A stretch of 64,000 nt of DNA from contig CDMY01000391.1 of assembly GCA_001179505.1 (NCBI GenBank), forward strand, positions 1 through 64,000, given 5' to 3'. The stretch is from Vitrella brassicaformis CCMP3155 (taxonomy: Eukaryota > Protista > Chromerida). The translations under genes and the position numbers were made by a program. Of the stretch, positions 11,484 through 24,325 are shown one piece after another (the stretch's first letter is position 1; each line of letters opens with the position of its first letter). The notes beneath the pieces are model-generated. The model had not been told where the DNA came from and made no database searches. It saw only the letters and a program-made list of their open reading frames with translations.

Positions 11484-12270
11484 ATGATGGCGGGCAGATC
11501 TGCGATGTTGGCGTTGCTGTTTGCGCTCATTGCCCTCTGCGGCCCATTGGCGGAGTGCGAAGAGATCCACACCGAACACGGCCTCGGTAAGTCCAGACGC
11601 CATTGGCCATATATTGACGGGGCGGGGTGAGATCCGATGGACGGATGCCCTCCATGTGTGTGGCGGAATGGATGGATGGATGTGCAGACGCAGACGCCTG
11701 CGAGGGAGAGGACTGCGCCTTCGGCGGAGAATTCGCCGCGGGGTGAGGGAAATGAATGGATGGATGGATGGATGGACAGATCCCTCTTGGTATGTGTCTG
11801 TGTCCATCGTGTGTGTTTCCAGCGGGCGGACGGAATGCTACCTGGTGAGCGCAGCACCATCTTGCTGCGAAACAACAGCCGATAGATGGATGGGTGTGTG
11901 GTGTGTGGAGGGTGATGTTGTGGGTACTACTGGGTTTAGGGTGCGAGGGAGGTGGCCAAGGCTGTGCCGCGGGAGGGTTCTGGCCGGCTGGAAGAGGCCT
12001 TCTGCCCCGAGGTTAGAGAATTTTGCGTCTTCAACGCCAGAAGGTTCACCTCTGACATAAACTACTACCTCATCGTACGTATGGGAAGGATCATGCATGC
12101 ATGCCATGCAGACAAAGAACATCAATCGTCAGTCCAGTCAGCGTTGTTTGTGTGTTTTCATGCCTGCCTGCCTGCCTGTGTGCCTGTAGGTCGGCACGGA
12201 CTATAAAGTACTAGAAGACTACGATGGTATCCCGCGGTGCGGCTTCAGGACACGGCTGGAATTGAAATGA
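11484..12270 (+). CDS. Small secreted Cys-containing protein (about 133 aa, 5 exons), arm-1 copy
   Basis: Signal peptide MMAGRSAMLALLFALIALCGPLA, then DADACEGEDCAFGG / GRTECYL / GAREVAKAV...FCPEVREFCVF...YYLI / VGTDYKV...ELK*. Splice phases 1, 2, 0, 0 are consistent in both copies. Confidence 0.7.
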
Positions 12271-12535
12271 GCAGGCTGGTACGCGCGACACGACGAAAGA
12301 TGTGTGTGTACGTGTGTGTACGTGTTGTTGTGTGGTGTGTCCCTTCTCTCCCATCCCTTGCCACGCAGCCCACACACCGCACCCCGGCACACCACGGCAG
12401 CATTAGATAGCCGAGTAGGGAACCTGAACACCTCAACCGGTACAGGTACGTATCCATCCATCCATCCATCCATGCATTCACACGCACCAGCCCATATCGT
12501 GTCGGTGCATCCGTTCACACATTCACGTGACGTGA

Positions 12536-12865
12536 GGGATACACACAGACACACGGACACAGAGGTGTTGACACACACAAGGGGGGGACACACAGAGTTT
12601 TAATTATGGTGGTCATTTTGTTTGTCATGTGATTTGTGTGATCCCATCGGCTGTCTGTCTGGTGTGGGTGGTGTTGGCCGCGCACTTCCATGGCCTGGCT
12701 GCAGCGTTGCACTCATTTCCTGGATGGATGGACCGTTTCCTTTGTCTTTTCCATCAAAGCGCTCCAAACGACCGACCACATTATATTGGCTGGCACAGAT
12801 CAATGAATGAGTGAGTGGGGCCTCTCCACGCCTCGACTTAGTTAGCCTTTCAGAACACCAGACGC
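12536..12865 (+). repeat. About 340-bp repeat, copy 2
   Basis: Direct repeat of 10660-11000. Confidence 0.85.
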
Positions 12866-13084
12866 AAAATGTCAGCCAGCGAACCACACCACACCACACT
12901 ATACTATGTGTGTCTTCCCTCCCCTCCCACACTCACGCACCTCTCCCTATCAACACCCCCAGCCATCCCCTCCCTCCCTCCCTCTCTGCTAACTCCCATA
13001 TTCAAGTGTGCCGATCACTGTCACCCTCTTAGTGCTGTCCTCCTCGCCACACACAGTGAAGCCCTCCCCTCCCCCCCCCACACA

Positions 13085-15226
13085 CGGTAGACGCGGGGCG
13101 GCGACGCCAGGCACATCGGACACCGGCCGTTGCGGACGGCCGAGCTGCGCCCCCACGCCACCAGATTCACACGCCAGCCGGACCGGATCTTCTCAGCCTG
13201 ACCATCCATCCATCTATCCATCCATCCATGACGATGACGGGCTGTGTTGATCCATGGGCGGGGGAGAAAGTGACGGAGGCAGGGAGGCGCCGCAAGTGAT
13301 GGGGTCGACAGACCAGCCAGACCGATGGTTGAGACACACCATGCCTGAGATACACCGCGCGATGCATTGAAGAGATGGACATGCATGTGCATGGGTCGAC
13401 TAGTGAGACAGACATGGAACCGATGTGTCTGTCCACGGACAGGCACATTCAATTTGCACACCACACCCCCCAGGCCACCCGGCGTGCGAATGAATGACAC
13501 TCACAAAGGATTCCCTCCAGCTGTACTTACGTGGCCAATGAAACTGGCCATTGTCTGTCTGTCTGTCTGTCTGTCTGCACACTTTGATGAATGAAGGTCT
13601 CTGTCACACACGTGCGAATCCGATCCTCCCACACCGACCGCACTATCACTCCTTCCCTCGTTGGCCTTCCTGGCCGCCATCTCCCTGCTGCTGCGGCTGC
13701 TGCTGCTGTGTGCATCGGCCTGGGAGGGTGCCTGCTGCATCATGACCGCCTTCTGCTGCATGGCCTGCTTCATCCCCAGGGCGTAGTAGTGGTGCGGGTG
13801 CATGTATGGGATCGGCCGCCGATCGCGAGTCCTTTACCAATCACAACACACGATCGAGGCCCACTCATCCTCTCAACCTTCCGTCCGTCTCTTCCTCCCT
13901 CCCTCGCCTCTCCCGTCCCGTCCACCTCCTCAAGCAGCTGCTGCTGCATCGCTTCAAGTTGGCCCTCACTGCAACACCAGGAGAAAGCAGCGTATTCCAA
14001 GCGTGAAGACAACCAGAACGCAGACAGCACCGAGATCTAGACGGACCATCAAGACCATCGCCTTCATCCTCCTGTGGCTGCACTGCATGGCGCCGGCGAG
14101 AGCGGAGTCCGAGACCGACCAGAACAACACCAGCGGGGTAGCGGATGGGCCGAGAGGGATGGAGCCGGTGCCACCGCAAACGGCGCGGACCCAAAGAGCG
14201 ACAACAAAGGGAGAAAGTGCACAAGAAAAGAACACATCCGACCAAGACCGAGAAGTTCAACGATAACACCCTGACATCTCTGCCTGCATCTTATAATTAT
14301 ATCCCGACCGTCACCTTCTCAAGCAGCCCAGGCAACAACAGCAGCGGCCGAATTGACGTCCGTCGACGAGCTCCTCGACGACTCACTCAGCACCGTCAGT
14401 CAAACACGAAGACAGACACATACACAAACAAAGAGAGAGACAGGCAGACACTTATGTGTGTGTGTGTGTGTGATGGCTGCAGAGCCAATCGTTGTTCAGC
14501 ACGCCCACTCACAGACAGAAGGAGACAGACACAGACATCAGAGGGGTTGGCTTCTTGTGATGTGTTTGTTGTGTGTTGTCGATGGCCAACTGCATCCATC
14601 ATGCCCTTAGCCTTGATCAACTCCAGCTGCACAAGTGACAGCTCCGCAGACGACATCCATCCACACATTCACGGCCCATATGTTGTGTGAGTCCGCCGCG
14701 TACATATAAGATGGCGGCCCCTCCTGTCCTGTCCCGTTGTATGTATCCACACATTGGATCATTGCCATCGGTCACGGCGTCTCACTCACTCACTCACTCA
14801 CTCACTCACATGCACTCACTAACATGCACTCACTCAGTCAGTCGTTCCCTCAGTCTGTCTGTTCGTCGGCTACAACTCAGCGCAAAAAGATAAAGAAAAG
14901 GACGAACCTCTGTCTGTTCCTCCGGTAATCTATCTCTCACACACAAGCCATCCATCGATCAGCCCATCAAAGACGACCACCCGCCCCCGCCACTGCAGCG
15001 GCAGCAGCAGCTGCTGCCGCTGGTGCTGGTGCCGCCGATGCTGCTGCTGGTGGTGCACCACCCTGCGTGTGGTCGGTGGACGGCGCTGGATTGCCTCTGT
15101 GAGTGTCCTCAGGGTCATCTTCCTCGCAAAATCGGATCTTGTATGCCTTGTTGAGGAGGGCGTCGATGTAGAAGAGGCGGTCCCACACCCACGGCTTCAG
15201 CATCACATCGCCATCACCCTAGACGC

Positions 15227-15284
<58 letters not shown>

Positions 15285-18030
15285 GGAGAAAGAGAGGGGT
15301 AGGTATGCGTGTGACGTGTTTGTTGGGTGAGGGGGACAGGTGAGTACCTACCTGTGGCTGTTGGTGAGGGGCGAAGAGAATGGGCAGTCTATCGTACAGC
15401 GATGTGATCTGCTTGCGCACCTCGTCGAGCTGCTCCAGCGCCTGGACACGGCTCTCTGCAGGCAACAAACACACACATCACACACACACACCTCCCACAT
15501 TCACTGGCCGTCGCTCCCACTCACCCACCTAGTTCCTCCAAGTTGAACAGCTGCTGCATCGGCAGGGCATTGCGCACCTCGTCTGCAGTCGGCCTGGCCG
15601 ACGACACCTTGACGAGCGGCACGGGCGCCCTCAGCGTGTCGAAGTGGCCCTCTGCCAGGTCGTGCACCACGCGCACACGCACACGCATCATGGTGCTGTT
15701 GTTGTCGTACAGCTCTGCACACAAGGAAAGGCAGCACAGCACAAAGACACAGCGAGCGAGACAGAATCAGATGTAGTGGGTGGAGAGGGTGATGCTTCCT
15801 TCCGCTTACCGCTGCCCTGCACACCGATCCCGAGGCCGACTTTGTACCCCATCGTGCCGTTGTCTGTCCGCCAGTTGAGCCGGATGGCGATGGAGCCGAG
15901 CAGCAGATGGGCGTACTGCTCGCTGAGGCCGGCCACGAACCGGCTGGCCCGCTGGCCATAGGTGTCGCCGGATGTGTCGGTGCCGTACGTCTCGGTATGG
16001 CTGACGTCATCGGTGGGCGGGGAGGACAGCGGGGGCGTGTTGGTGAGCGAGGCCTTGTATCCGCGGATGGTCACGTCGCGGACAGAGTCGGCAAGGGACT
16101 GGTATGGTGGCGACGGCATGATGGCGGGCGGGTTGAGCTGCAGGACAGATGGCACGCGCAGCTCGGTCAGCAACCTGAGAGAGAGAGAGAGGGGAGATAC
16201 ACGCAAAGTGAGTCGTGACCTTTGTTTGCTGCCATCCATCCATCCATCCATGCTCCACCTTACTCTGTGAGTTCGGTGCGGTTCCGTGCGAGTTTGTGTA
16301 TGCATCCCATCCACTGCTCGTCATACGTCTGACAAACACAGCCACATCACATCCACACGCATACAACACACGAGCCAATGCGATCCGATCATCGCGTGTG
16401 TGTATGGTATGTACGGTCTGGTCTCTGGTCCCCAGTTTCCTTCCCCACTGACTGACCTGTTGTTGGTCGTCGTGGCCGTCAATCCTCTCGCCATTGTACC
16501 CACCGAAACTCTCCTGCCCATGCCCATGCCCATACCCCTCACTCCCACCCCCGCCAGCAGCGGCAGCTGCCGCCGCAGCCACCATTCCCCCGCCCCCATC
16601 CAGCGGCACACACCCATCCTCTCCTCCCTCCTCCATGATCTTGTCCTTCTCCTTCTCATGGCGGCCTCTCATCCCACCAGCAGCGGCCATGGCCGCAGGG
16701 GGAACAGGTGGCGGGGGCATCAGCTCGCCGTCATTCATGCTCTGATCGCCGCTCGCCGCCGCCTTGCGGTGCTTGGCCACGCGCCCCTCGTTCCCACCAC
16801 CACCACGTTCGTCACGGGCGCTGCGGCTGCTGAGCCGTCGCTTGCTGCGGGGGCCACGCTCCCTCAGGGGGCGGTTGTCCTCCTCCTGGTCTAGGTCCTC
16901 CTCACCGCCATTACCGTCACGACCGTCCTGCTTCTGGCCTTGCATGTCCTCATGGCTGCCGTGGCCGTGCTCCTGCTTGATCTCTGGCTGCTTCTTGTTC
17001 TTGCTGCTGCGGGCATTGGGTGCGTGGTCGAGGTAGCCTGGCGGGGGCTGCACGGTGCCATTGATGAAGTCGGTGATGAGCTTGCCCTCACGCTCGAAGG
17101 TCCGGAGCCTCTCCAGACCGGCAGCAGCTGCACACACACGGACAGTGGCCAAACGATCGCGTGTGGACGTGTGTGTTGTGTTGTGTTGTGTTGTGGTCAT
17201 GTGTCACTTTTTTCTTTTGGGAGTTGGTCGAGGCCGCTTATGGCGTTGCGCTGCCGCAGTATCTCATGCAAGAGCCACAGCGTCTTCCTGCCCTTGTCCG
17301 AGCCCGTGTACCGATCCTTCAGCCACACACCCACACACGATAGTATAATTTCGTTCCCATCCCGTGGAAACGACCTTCTGTCTGTCTGTCTGTCTGTCTG
17401 TCTGTGAGGCAGGCACACCTTATACGCCGACTTCATCTCGTCGCCCTTCTCATACAACTGCACACACAGCACAGCACAGCACAGCCGACAGCAACACGCC
17501 CTATTGAGCGGGTGGGGGTGCAGCAGTGTGCCGACTCTCTCCTCGCTCCCTGACTGACCTTGATGTTAGACCTGATACAGATGGCGTACTGCCCCTCTGC
17601 AAGTGAGCGGATGCAGATATAGGCCTTGGTCCGCGACGCGTCAGACCGCAGCGTGGTGATCGTCGGCTCACTCGTCAAATACTCTACACACACACACACA
17701 CAGCGTCACTACTGTGCTGTGTGGTGTTTCGATTCCCCACTGTATTTGATTTCATGGTCGAGGTCTATGCGTACGCCCAGTTGCCAGGTGGGCTTCGGGC
17801 CGCGCTTCCACCACAACAACTCACCTACAGGAACTGCACACCACATCACATCACACAAACAAACAAAGGTGATGGTGCACCGCATCCGATCCGTCTGCAG
17901 GGGTGGTCTCCGTTGTGTTGTGCGCTTCCGTCATGGCCATCGCTGCAGGGGTGGCTTACTGTCCTTGCAGTCGATGTCGGGCGACTTGTCAGGCGGCTTT
18001 GCATCTGATGCTGACGCCGGGAAGGCCATC
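13085..18030 (-). CDS. Large multi-exon hypothetical protein with a possible PWWP/Tudor-like N-terminal segment and low-complexity linkers
   Basis: Exon-like minus-strand ORFs bounded by GT/AG: GELLWWKRGPKPTWQLGVRIDL; YLTSEPTITTLRSD...; VWLKDRYTGSDKGRKTLWLLHEIL; LERLRTFEREGKLITDFING...; LLTELRVPSVL...; ELYDNNSTMMRVRV...; MLKPWVWDRLFYIDALLNKAY. Ends uncertain. Confidence 0.55.
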
Positions 18031-18074
18031 TGACGCTGCGAAAGAGCCGCAGAACTCAAACAATCTCAACAATC

Positions 18075-18610
18075 TCGAAGGGTCAAAGGATTTGGTACCC
18101 TATAACCCCACAAGAGGCCAAATCCCGGCATTTATGCGCCTTGTCGGATAGCTGTGAGTTGCGAAAGTAAGGCACTCGGCCGACAAGAGGGCGAGAAGAG
18201 TCACTCGAGTCAGTCGTCCTCTCGACTGCTGCGGTGAGATGGCGGGCTGTTGTCAATGAGCTGACAGCCAGACAGAGGTGAGGGAGGCCGACCACTCACT
18301 GACTGATGCGCTCATCCGCTCACCTCACTGAATGCGTCGGCCTTTCCTGTCTGTCTGTGTGCATCTCTCTCTGTGTGTCATAAGGGCCCATCGCTGCAGT
18401 GTGGCTGAGGCGTAATGGCGGCCTCCTCACCTGCCGCTGCTGCTGGTGGTGGTGGTGGTGGTGGTGGTGTTAGCTCAGTCAGTTCCCTCTGATCTGTCTG
18501 TGTGAGCATCGAACGAGGTGAGCAGCGCAGAGATCTGTGAGCAGCATGCCTGATGGACATTATCCTCTGTCGACTCTGTCGCTCTGTGCAGCCTCTCGTC
18601 GAGCGCCTCA
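18075..18610 (+). repeat. Upstream module of the family genes (second copy at 47695-48190)
   Basis: Shared tcgaagggtcaaagg...ggtgagggaggccgaccactcactgac...ggcggcctcctca...catcgaacgaggtgagcagc...gtcgagc. Confidence 0.8.
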
Positions 18611-18628
18611 TCCGACCGTCTTCTTCCC

Positions 18629-20282
18629 ATGCAGCAGCAGCAACAGGAGCAGCAGCATCCCTTCACGTACATCTTCGTTGGTCGGCGCACCTTCTGGCTG
18701 CTCAGCCTCACAGACATACTGCGGCTGAGAGCCACCTGCACATGGCTCAGGAGTCTCTTCGGAGCGGCCCAACTGAGAGATCGGCTCCGCCAGTCTGTCG
18801 GCTCACAGGCGGGGCTGCGGCGGGCGGTCAACGGGAAGCAAGTCCAGCTGGTGCGGTTCGACGATGACCAGTTCGGCGTGTGTGACCTGCTGGCGGCTGT
18901 GTGTGTGATGGAGGAGGGGGACTGGATGGAGATGGGCGAGGTGATTGAGCTGGCGGGGCAGTGCGGCTACTGTGAGCTGCCTGTCATCCTCACGGCAAAT
19001 GACATCAACACACACATCAACAAGACGGTAAGGCACACACACAGAGGGGCGGGAGGGAACAGGGAGGCCTCATTAGTCATTCTCTGTCTGTCTGTCTGTG
19101 TGGTGTGGTGTAGGCGTATGGATCGTTAGCTCGTGTGTTGGCGCAGCTGATGGTGGTCGGCCGCCACATGGACTTCGGTGACCGCAGACGCCTGCAGATC
19201 TTCCGCCATGGCAATGGTGAGGTGCGGGCCATCGAGGACGAGCCCGGCTTCGAGCTGATCGTCGACCCGCCCCTCGCTGCCGGCCATCTGTATCAGCAGC
19301 ATCGACTCCTGCATGACCCACCAGTGGACAGCCGCATCTCCTACTGGGTCATCATCGGCAGATGAGGGTCGAGCTATTTAGCTCTCCCGACCACCATAGC
19401 CTCAGTGTCGTCGTTTGCCAAGCTCATGGTCCTCGACCACTTCGACAAGACTCACCCGACCAATCTCACAGTGACATATCTCAACAGGTAAGACACCAAT
19501 GGCACCAGTGGGCGAGAGGGGTGCGTGTTTGATTGTGTGTGAGAGAGATTGTGTCTGATTGTGTGTGTGTGTGGTTTGTTCAGGCGTGTTGGTGGCGGCC
19601 GTCTGGATGGCCTCCTCACCCAGTCGCCCCACACACCGGTGGCCGGATGCACCACCACATTCAGCTCGGACGGTCGTGTGCGATGGCTGGTGCTCACCAA
19701 CAGTAGCCACACCTTCGTGGCGTGGATTTCCATTGTGGATGAGGGAAACGAGAATGGTCAGGCTGACAGACATGCAGGTCTGCTGGTCAAATGCCACATG
19801 TGTCTTTCCTTTCTGGCTGTCTGTCCGCAGTGGAGGTTGTCGTTCAGACCACCGAGGAGCCTGTGCGTGAGAATGGCGCTTTCAAGGACCGCCTCCCCAT
19901 GACGACTCAGCTGGGCGGTGTGGCGCTGGGGCCAGGACTTGCAGTCGTCTTCGACGGCCAAGTATATCAACTCAAGTATCAACTTGAGCCATCAGAGGGG
20001 GAGGGGGATGACGGGGATGATGGTACGCGCAGACAGAGGGAGGGACGGATATTGGTGGATTGATGAGTATGTGACGGGCCTCGCCTGTGTGGGGTGCAGA
20101 CAGCGATGATGGCGGTGGTTCGGATGATATGGATGATGGCAGCGGAGAGGACAGCGAAGGTACGCAGCCAGACACACGACACGCAGGCCCCCACGTCGAC
20201 TTGCGTCACATTCTGTGTGTATGTGTGTGTTGTGCCTTCGGCAGGTGACGGCGGCGTAGCTGAGGCGGAGAGCGGCGACTGA
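18629..20282 (+). pseudogene. Family member B with in-frame stop
   Basis: Same exon set as member A. TGA at 19363-19365 (GGC AGA TGA) where member D has GGC AGA TGG; the frame resumes afterwards (SVSSFAKLMVLDHF). Confidence 0.75.
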
Positions 20283-22586
20283 TCGATTCATCAGTCATTA
20301 CAGTACTGGTAACTGAGTGTGTGTGTCTGCCGTCAGGAGGGTATTTTGGCTGCTGGCCGTCGTCATTCATCCCTGTCGCCGATCTGCTTACTCTGTCGAC
20401 CAGCTGCTAATCGATGTGTTACTAACCGAATGCCTGACATGGCTCTGATACCTGCGTGAGTCGGTCTATGGCTTCGCCTTTCTCTCTGTGGGGCTCTCCT
20501 CTCTGTGTAGCCCTCCCTCCCTCCCTCCCTCCCTCTGTATCTGTGTCTGTGTCTGTCTGTCGGTGTGGACATCGATTGCGGTCGCCCGTACTCGTGTTTC
20601 CTTCAAACACGCCATTGCAAGTCGCCGTCCGTTTCCCATCCCCGACAGACAGATATCACCCGACAGACACGCACCACCATCTCTCGTGTGTATGGAAACC
20701 AGCCAGCCAGGCCACTCACTCAGCGAGTCATTCAACATGTGGCGACAGACACACAGGCATCAATCACGACGCCGTGTCCTGTCAGCCAGTCAGTCAGCCA
20801 TTCAGCGAGTATGTACACCTACATAGACTTAGTCAGTCGATCGACACGCACACGCTCTCTCACGCCAACCAACCCAATCCAAGACAAAACAAGATGGACA
20901 CCTAGAGCGAGACATACAGAACAGTCGGCAGCCGGCAGCTAGCAACACATCAATCAACCGACCGACACACAACACGCTTGAAATGATGATGATGATGATT
21001 CCATTCCCACGCAGGCAGGCGGGCACGCAGACAAGCAACCAGGCAAGCAATCTAGTGTCTTGTCTTGCGACATGTGCATGGCACTGTCGCTCTCCCTCTC
21101 TGACTGACTGGCTGGCTGGCTGGCTCTTTCGGCCATGGAAACGAACAAACACCGGCCAAGCACCGATGGGTTATCAAACCGTGCCATCGCCACCACAACC
21201 ACCACCGCACAAATGGAGACCAACATGGTCGCGCAACACATCCATTCAGCATGCAGGAGCCTCGTCTGTGTCGTGTTGATCCTGTCATCCGTCGAGGCAG
21301 CGGCGTCGTCGGCTCTGTCTCTGCCCTTTGGTGGAGAGCAGACCCAGCACCAGCGAGACGCACACACCAACAGAAGACGGGAATCAACCGTGCAGACATA
21401 CGTCATCACACCACACAGTCAGACACCGTCGCAGCCCACCCACCCCCCCTCCGTCTTTCACTTGTTTCGCGCCTCCTCCACGTGACGCAGCCTGCTTGCT
21501 GGGGTGAAGTGAGCAAGCAGGTGTCGTCGCATCTGGGAACTCAACACAGCAAACGGGGAAATCTCAACGGCACAAAAAGACACCAGCCGTCTGCCTGCCC
21601 ATCCGACAAGGGGACGACATACAGCGGTTCTCTCGCCCCCCTCCCCTTTTGCGTTGCCCTCTCCGTCCTCTGCCGACGGACCCATCCGCGCCCCAGCAGC
21701 AGACGGTACAGACGAGAGACGGACGCAGCCCCTCATCTGCAGCGTTAGCAGCAGGGATGCAAGGGACCACGACAGAGGAGGATCAGAACGGTGCACTCCC
21801 CTCCCTCCACACACAACGACCAACCGGGATGGTCATCGGCAACACAAAAACAGCAGTGCGTCAAGGCAGGCTGCGTCTCTCATGCAGCCAAGAACGTACA
21901 AAAGGGTACGGTACGTACGCATCCTCTGTCAGAAATGGGACTGGACGAGTACGCAGACACGCGGGCAAAATTGATGCAGCACTCGCCCCTCGTTGCCCCT
22001 CTCCCCAACTCACACAACACACACACTCACAGACACGCGACAACACGAGCTGGGCACGCTGCGGCTGGTCTGAGTTCCCGTCCACTGCAGCAAGATTGCT
22101 TCCTGACGGCACATTTCTCAATGCACCATCTGGAGGCTCTCCAGCCGCGAGTCAAGAGAACACAGAGCAACACGCTGCTATTGCCACCCAAGTCCGCTAC
22201 GCTCTCCTGCAAGACAGAAAAAAACTCTTGCCGTCAACACACACTCGCTGTGACGCAAAACCACACGCATGGACCGCTCCGCTGCAGCAGTGTCGACCCC
22301 ACCATACACACGGTCACAACACAAACACGCGTGTGTGGAGGGGCCGGGCCTCCCTCTCTCTCTCTCTGTTTCTGCGCTCTCCTCTCTTCCCTTTGGGCTT
22401 AGGTACCACGCACGCCAACAGACAGGCACATACACATGCAGGCAGACAGACAGACACGCAATATGCATAGATAGCCATGCAGACAGACACCAGAAAATGG
22501 AATGCCTCCGCCGCGGCGATGTGATCTGTGCGGGCGTCTTGAGTGAGTGAGTTGGCCGTCAGCAGCACCGACCGGCAGCATCATGT

Positions 22587-24271
22587 TCATCCCAGAGTGG
22601 TGTTGCCGCCGCTGATGTTGATGCAGACGGTCTTGATCTCGCTGTAGAAGTCCAGCGAGTGGAAAGTGCCGCTCTTGCCTGAACCAACAAACACACACAC
22701 ACACACACGCGAAGATAAAGCCCTACATCCACCACGCGTCTCCGCCTGTGTGTGTCAGTGTGTCGACTCACCGAGCCCGTGGATGCCAACCCCGCCAAAG
22801 GGCATGCGCAAGTCGCGGATGAGCCACGAGTTGACCCAGACGTATCCGGTGCGGAGCTCGCCGGCCACCCGATGTGCGCGCGAGAGGTCCTTGGTCCAGA
22901 CGGAGGCCGACAGGCCGCTGCCGTTGTTGGCGGCCTCGATGACCTCACTCTCGCTGGTGAAGGTGACGATGCGCACGATGGGCCCCTGGATCTCGCCGGG
23001 GGAGGCCGTCTTGAACGAACGCTCCTTGTTGACCTTGCTAGTCGCGGACAGACCACCCTGATCAGACACAGACAGAAAGAGATATATATATATATATATA
23101 TGTATATGTGTGAATCGGGTCTGGTGGCTGCGTGTCTTGTCTGGGTGTGTCTGACCAGGACGGTAGGGGTGAACCAGTATCCGCCGGCGAGGTTGCCGGT
23201 CATCTGTGGCTGCTGGCCCCCACACAGCACGACGGCGCCCTCCTCCTGCGCCACCTTGAGCGAGTTGATCATGATGTCCAGCTGCTGCTTCGACACTATC
23301 GGGCCGATCTCGGCATCGCTCTCAGCGGGATCGCCCAACTGAGAACACACACAACAGAGGCCGCGTGACAGGGGAGGTGGATCTGTGTCCGTGTCTGCGT
23401 GAGAGCGTGTGTGGGGTGAGGTGAGTTGACCCACCTTGAGCTTCTTGGTGGCCTCGACGAACTTGTCGGTGAACTCTTTGGCGATGGATTGGTGGACGAA
23501 GATGCGGTTGGGGCAGTGGGCGCGCTGGCCGTTGTCGTAAAGGAAGGCCGCACGGACGGCCTCCGGCACCAACTTGGTCAGGTCGGCGTCCTCGAACACA
23601 CACATGGCGTGGCTGTTGCCCAAATCAAACGCTGCACACACACAGACGTGCAGACGTGCAGACAGAAAGTGGATCATTTATGTGTGTGGGTCAGCGTGTT
23701 GGGTGTGTCAGATGTGTTCCCCCCACACCACTCACCCATTTTCTTGATGCCTGATGCGGCGGCCTTGATGATCTCTGCAGCAGCGTTGTCGCCGCCCACC
23801 ATGCCGATGGCGTTGACACCAGAGTGACCTGCCAGCGCGTGACCGACCTCCTCACCAGCACTGACACACACAGACGACGACCCAAAAGGAGAGTTGTCTC
23901 GCTCTCTGCTTCAATCATGTGTTGTGCTGTGCTGCTAACCCGTAGACGACGTTGAAGACGCCCGGCGGCAGCACCCCCGACTGAGCGAGGATCTGGGTGA
24001 AGAGGAAGGTGGTGCACGGCGTGGGGCGGGGAGGCTTGGCCACCACCGTGTTGCCCATGGCCAGGGCGGGCACCAGGCGCCAGAGGATCTGGTGCAGGGG
24101 GCGGGACCACGAGCCGATGATGGCCACCACGCCGACGGGGAACCGCTGAGTGTAGTTGAGGGTGCCCTCGTAGTCGGTCTTGGTCTCCCTCAGGCTGTAG
24201 AGGTTGTGCGCGAACTCGCGGAAGTTCCGCAGCTGGCGACGCATGTCCGCACGAGCTACGGGCAGCGACTG

Positions 24272-24325
<54 letters not shown>

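Larger units (their letters stand above)
1375..13065 (+). repeat. Inverted segmental duplication, arm 1
   Basis: Collinear reverse-complement matches by eye: 1375-2930 to 42670-44240; 4350-5235 to 43900-44700; 5310-7151 to 39250-41110; 7783-10530 to 36541-39245; 11390-13065 to 33610-35345. Confidence 0.9.

Noticed and set aside
19363-19365. In-frame TGA as selenocysteine or readthrough
   Set aside because: Paralogues D and E have Trp here; a TGG-to-TGA nonsense change is simpler and no SECIS evidence was seen.
20900-22500. Scattered ORFs including a weak hydrophobic segment at about 21250
   Set aside because: No consistent splice chain or domain motif.
23082-23106. Isolated (AT)n tract
   Set aside because: Ordinary intronic microsatellite with no sign of function.
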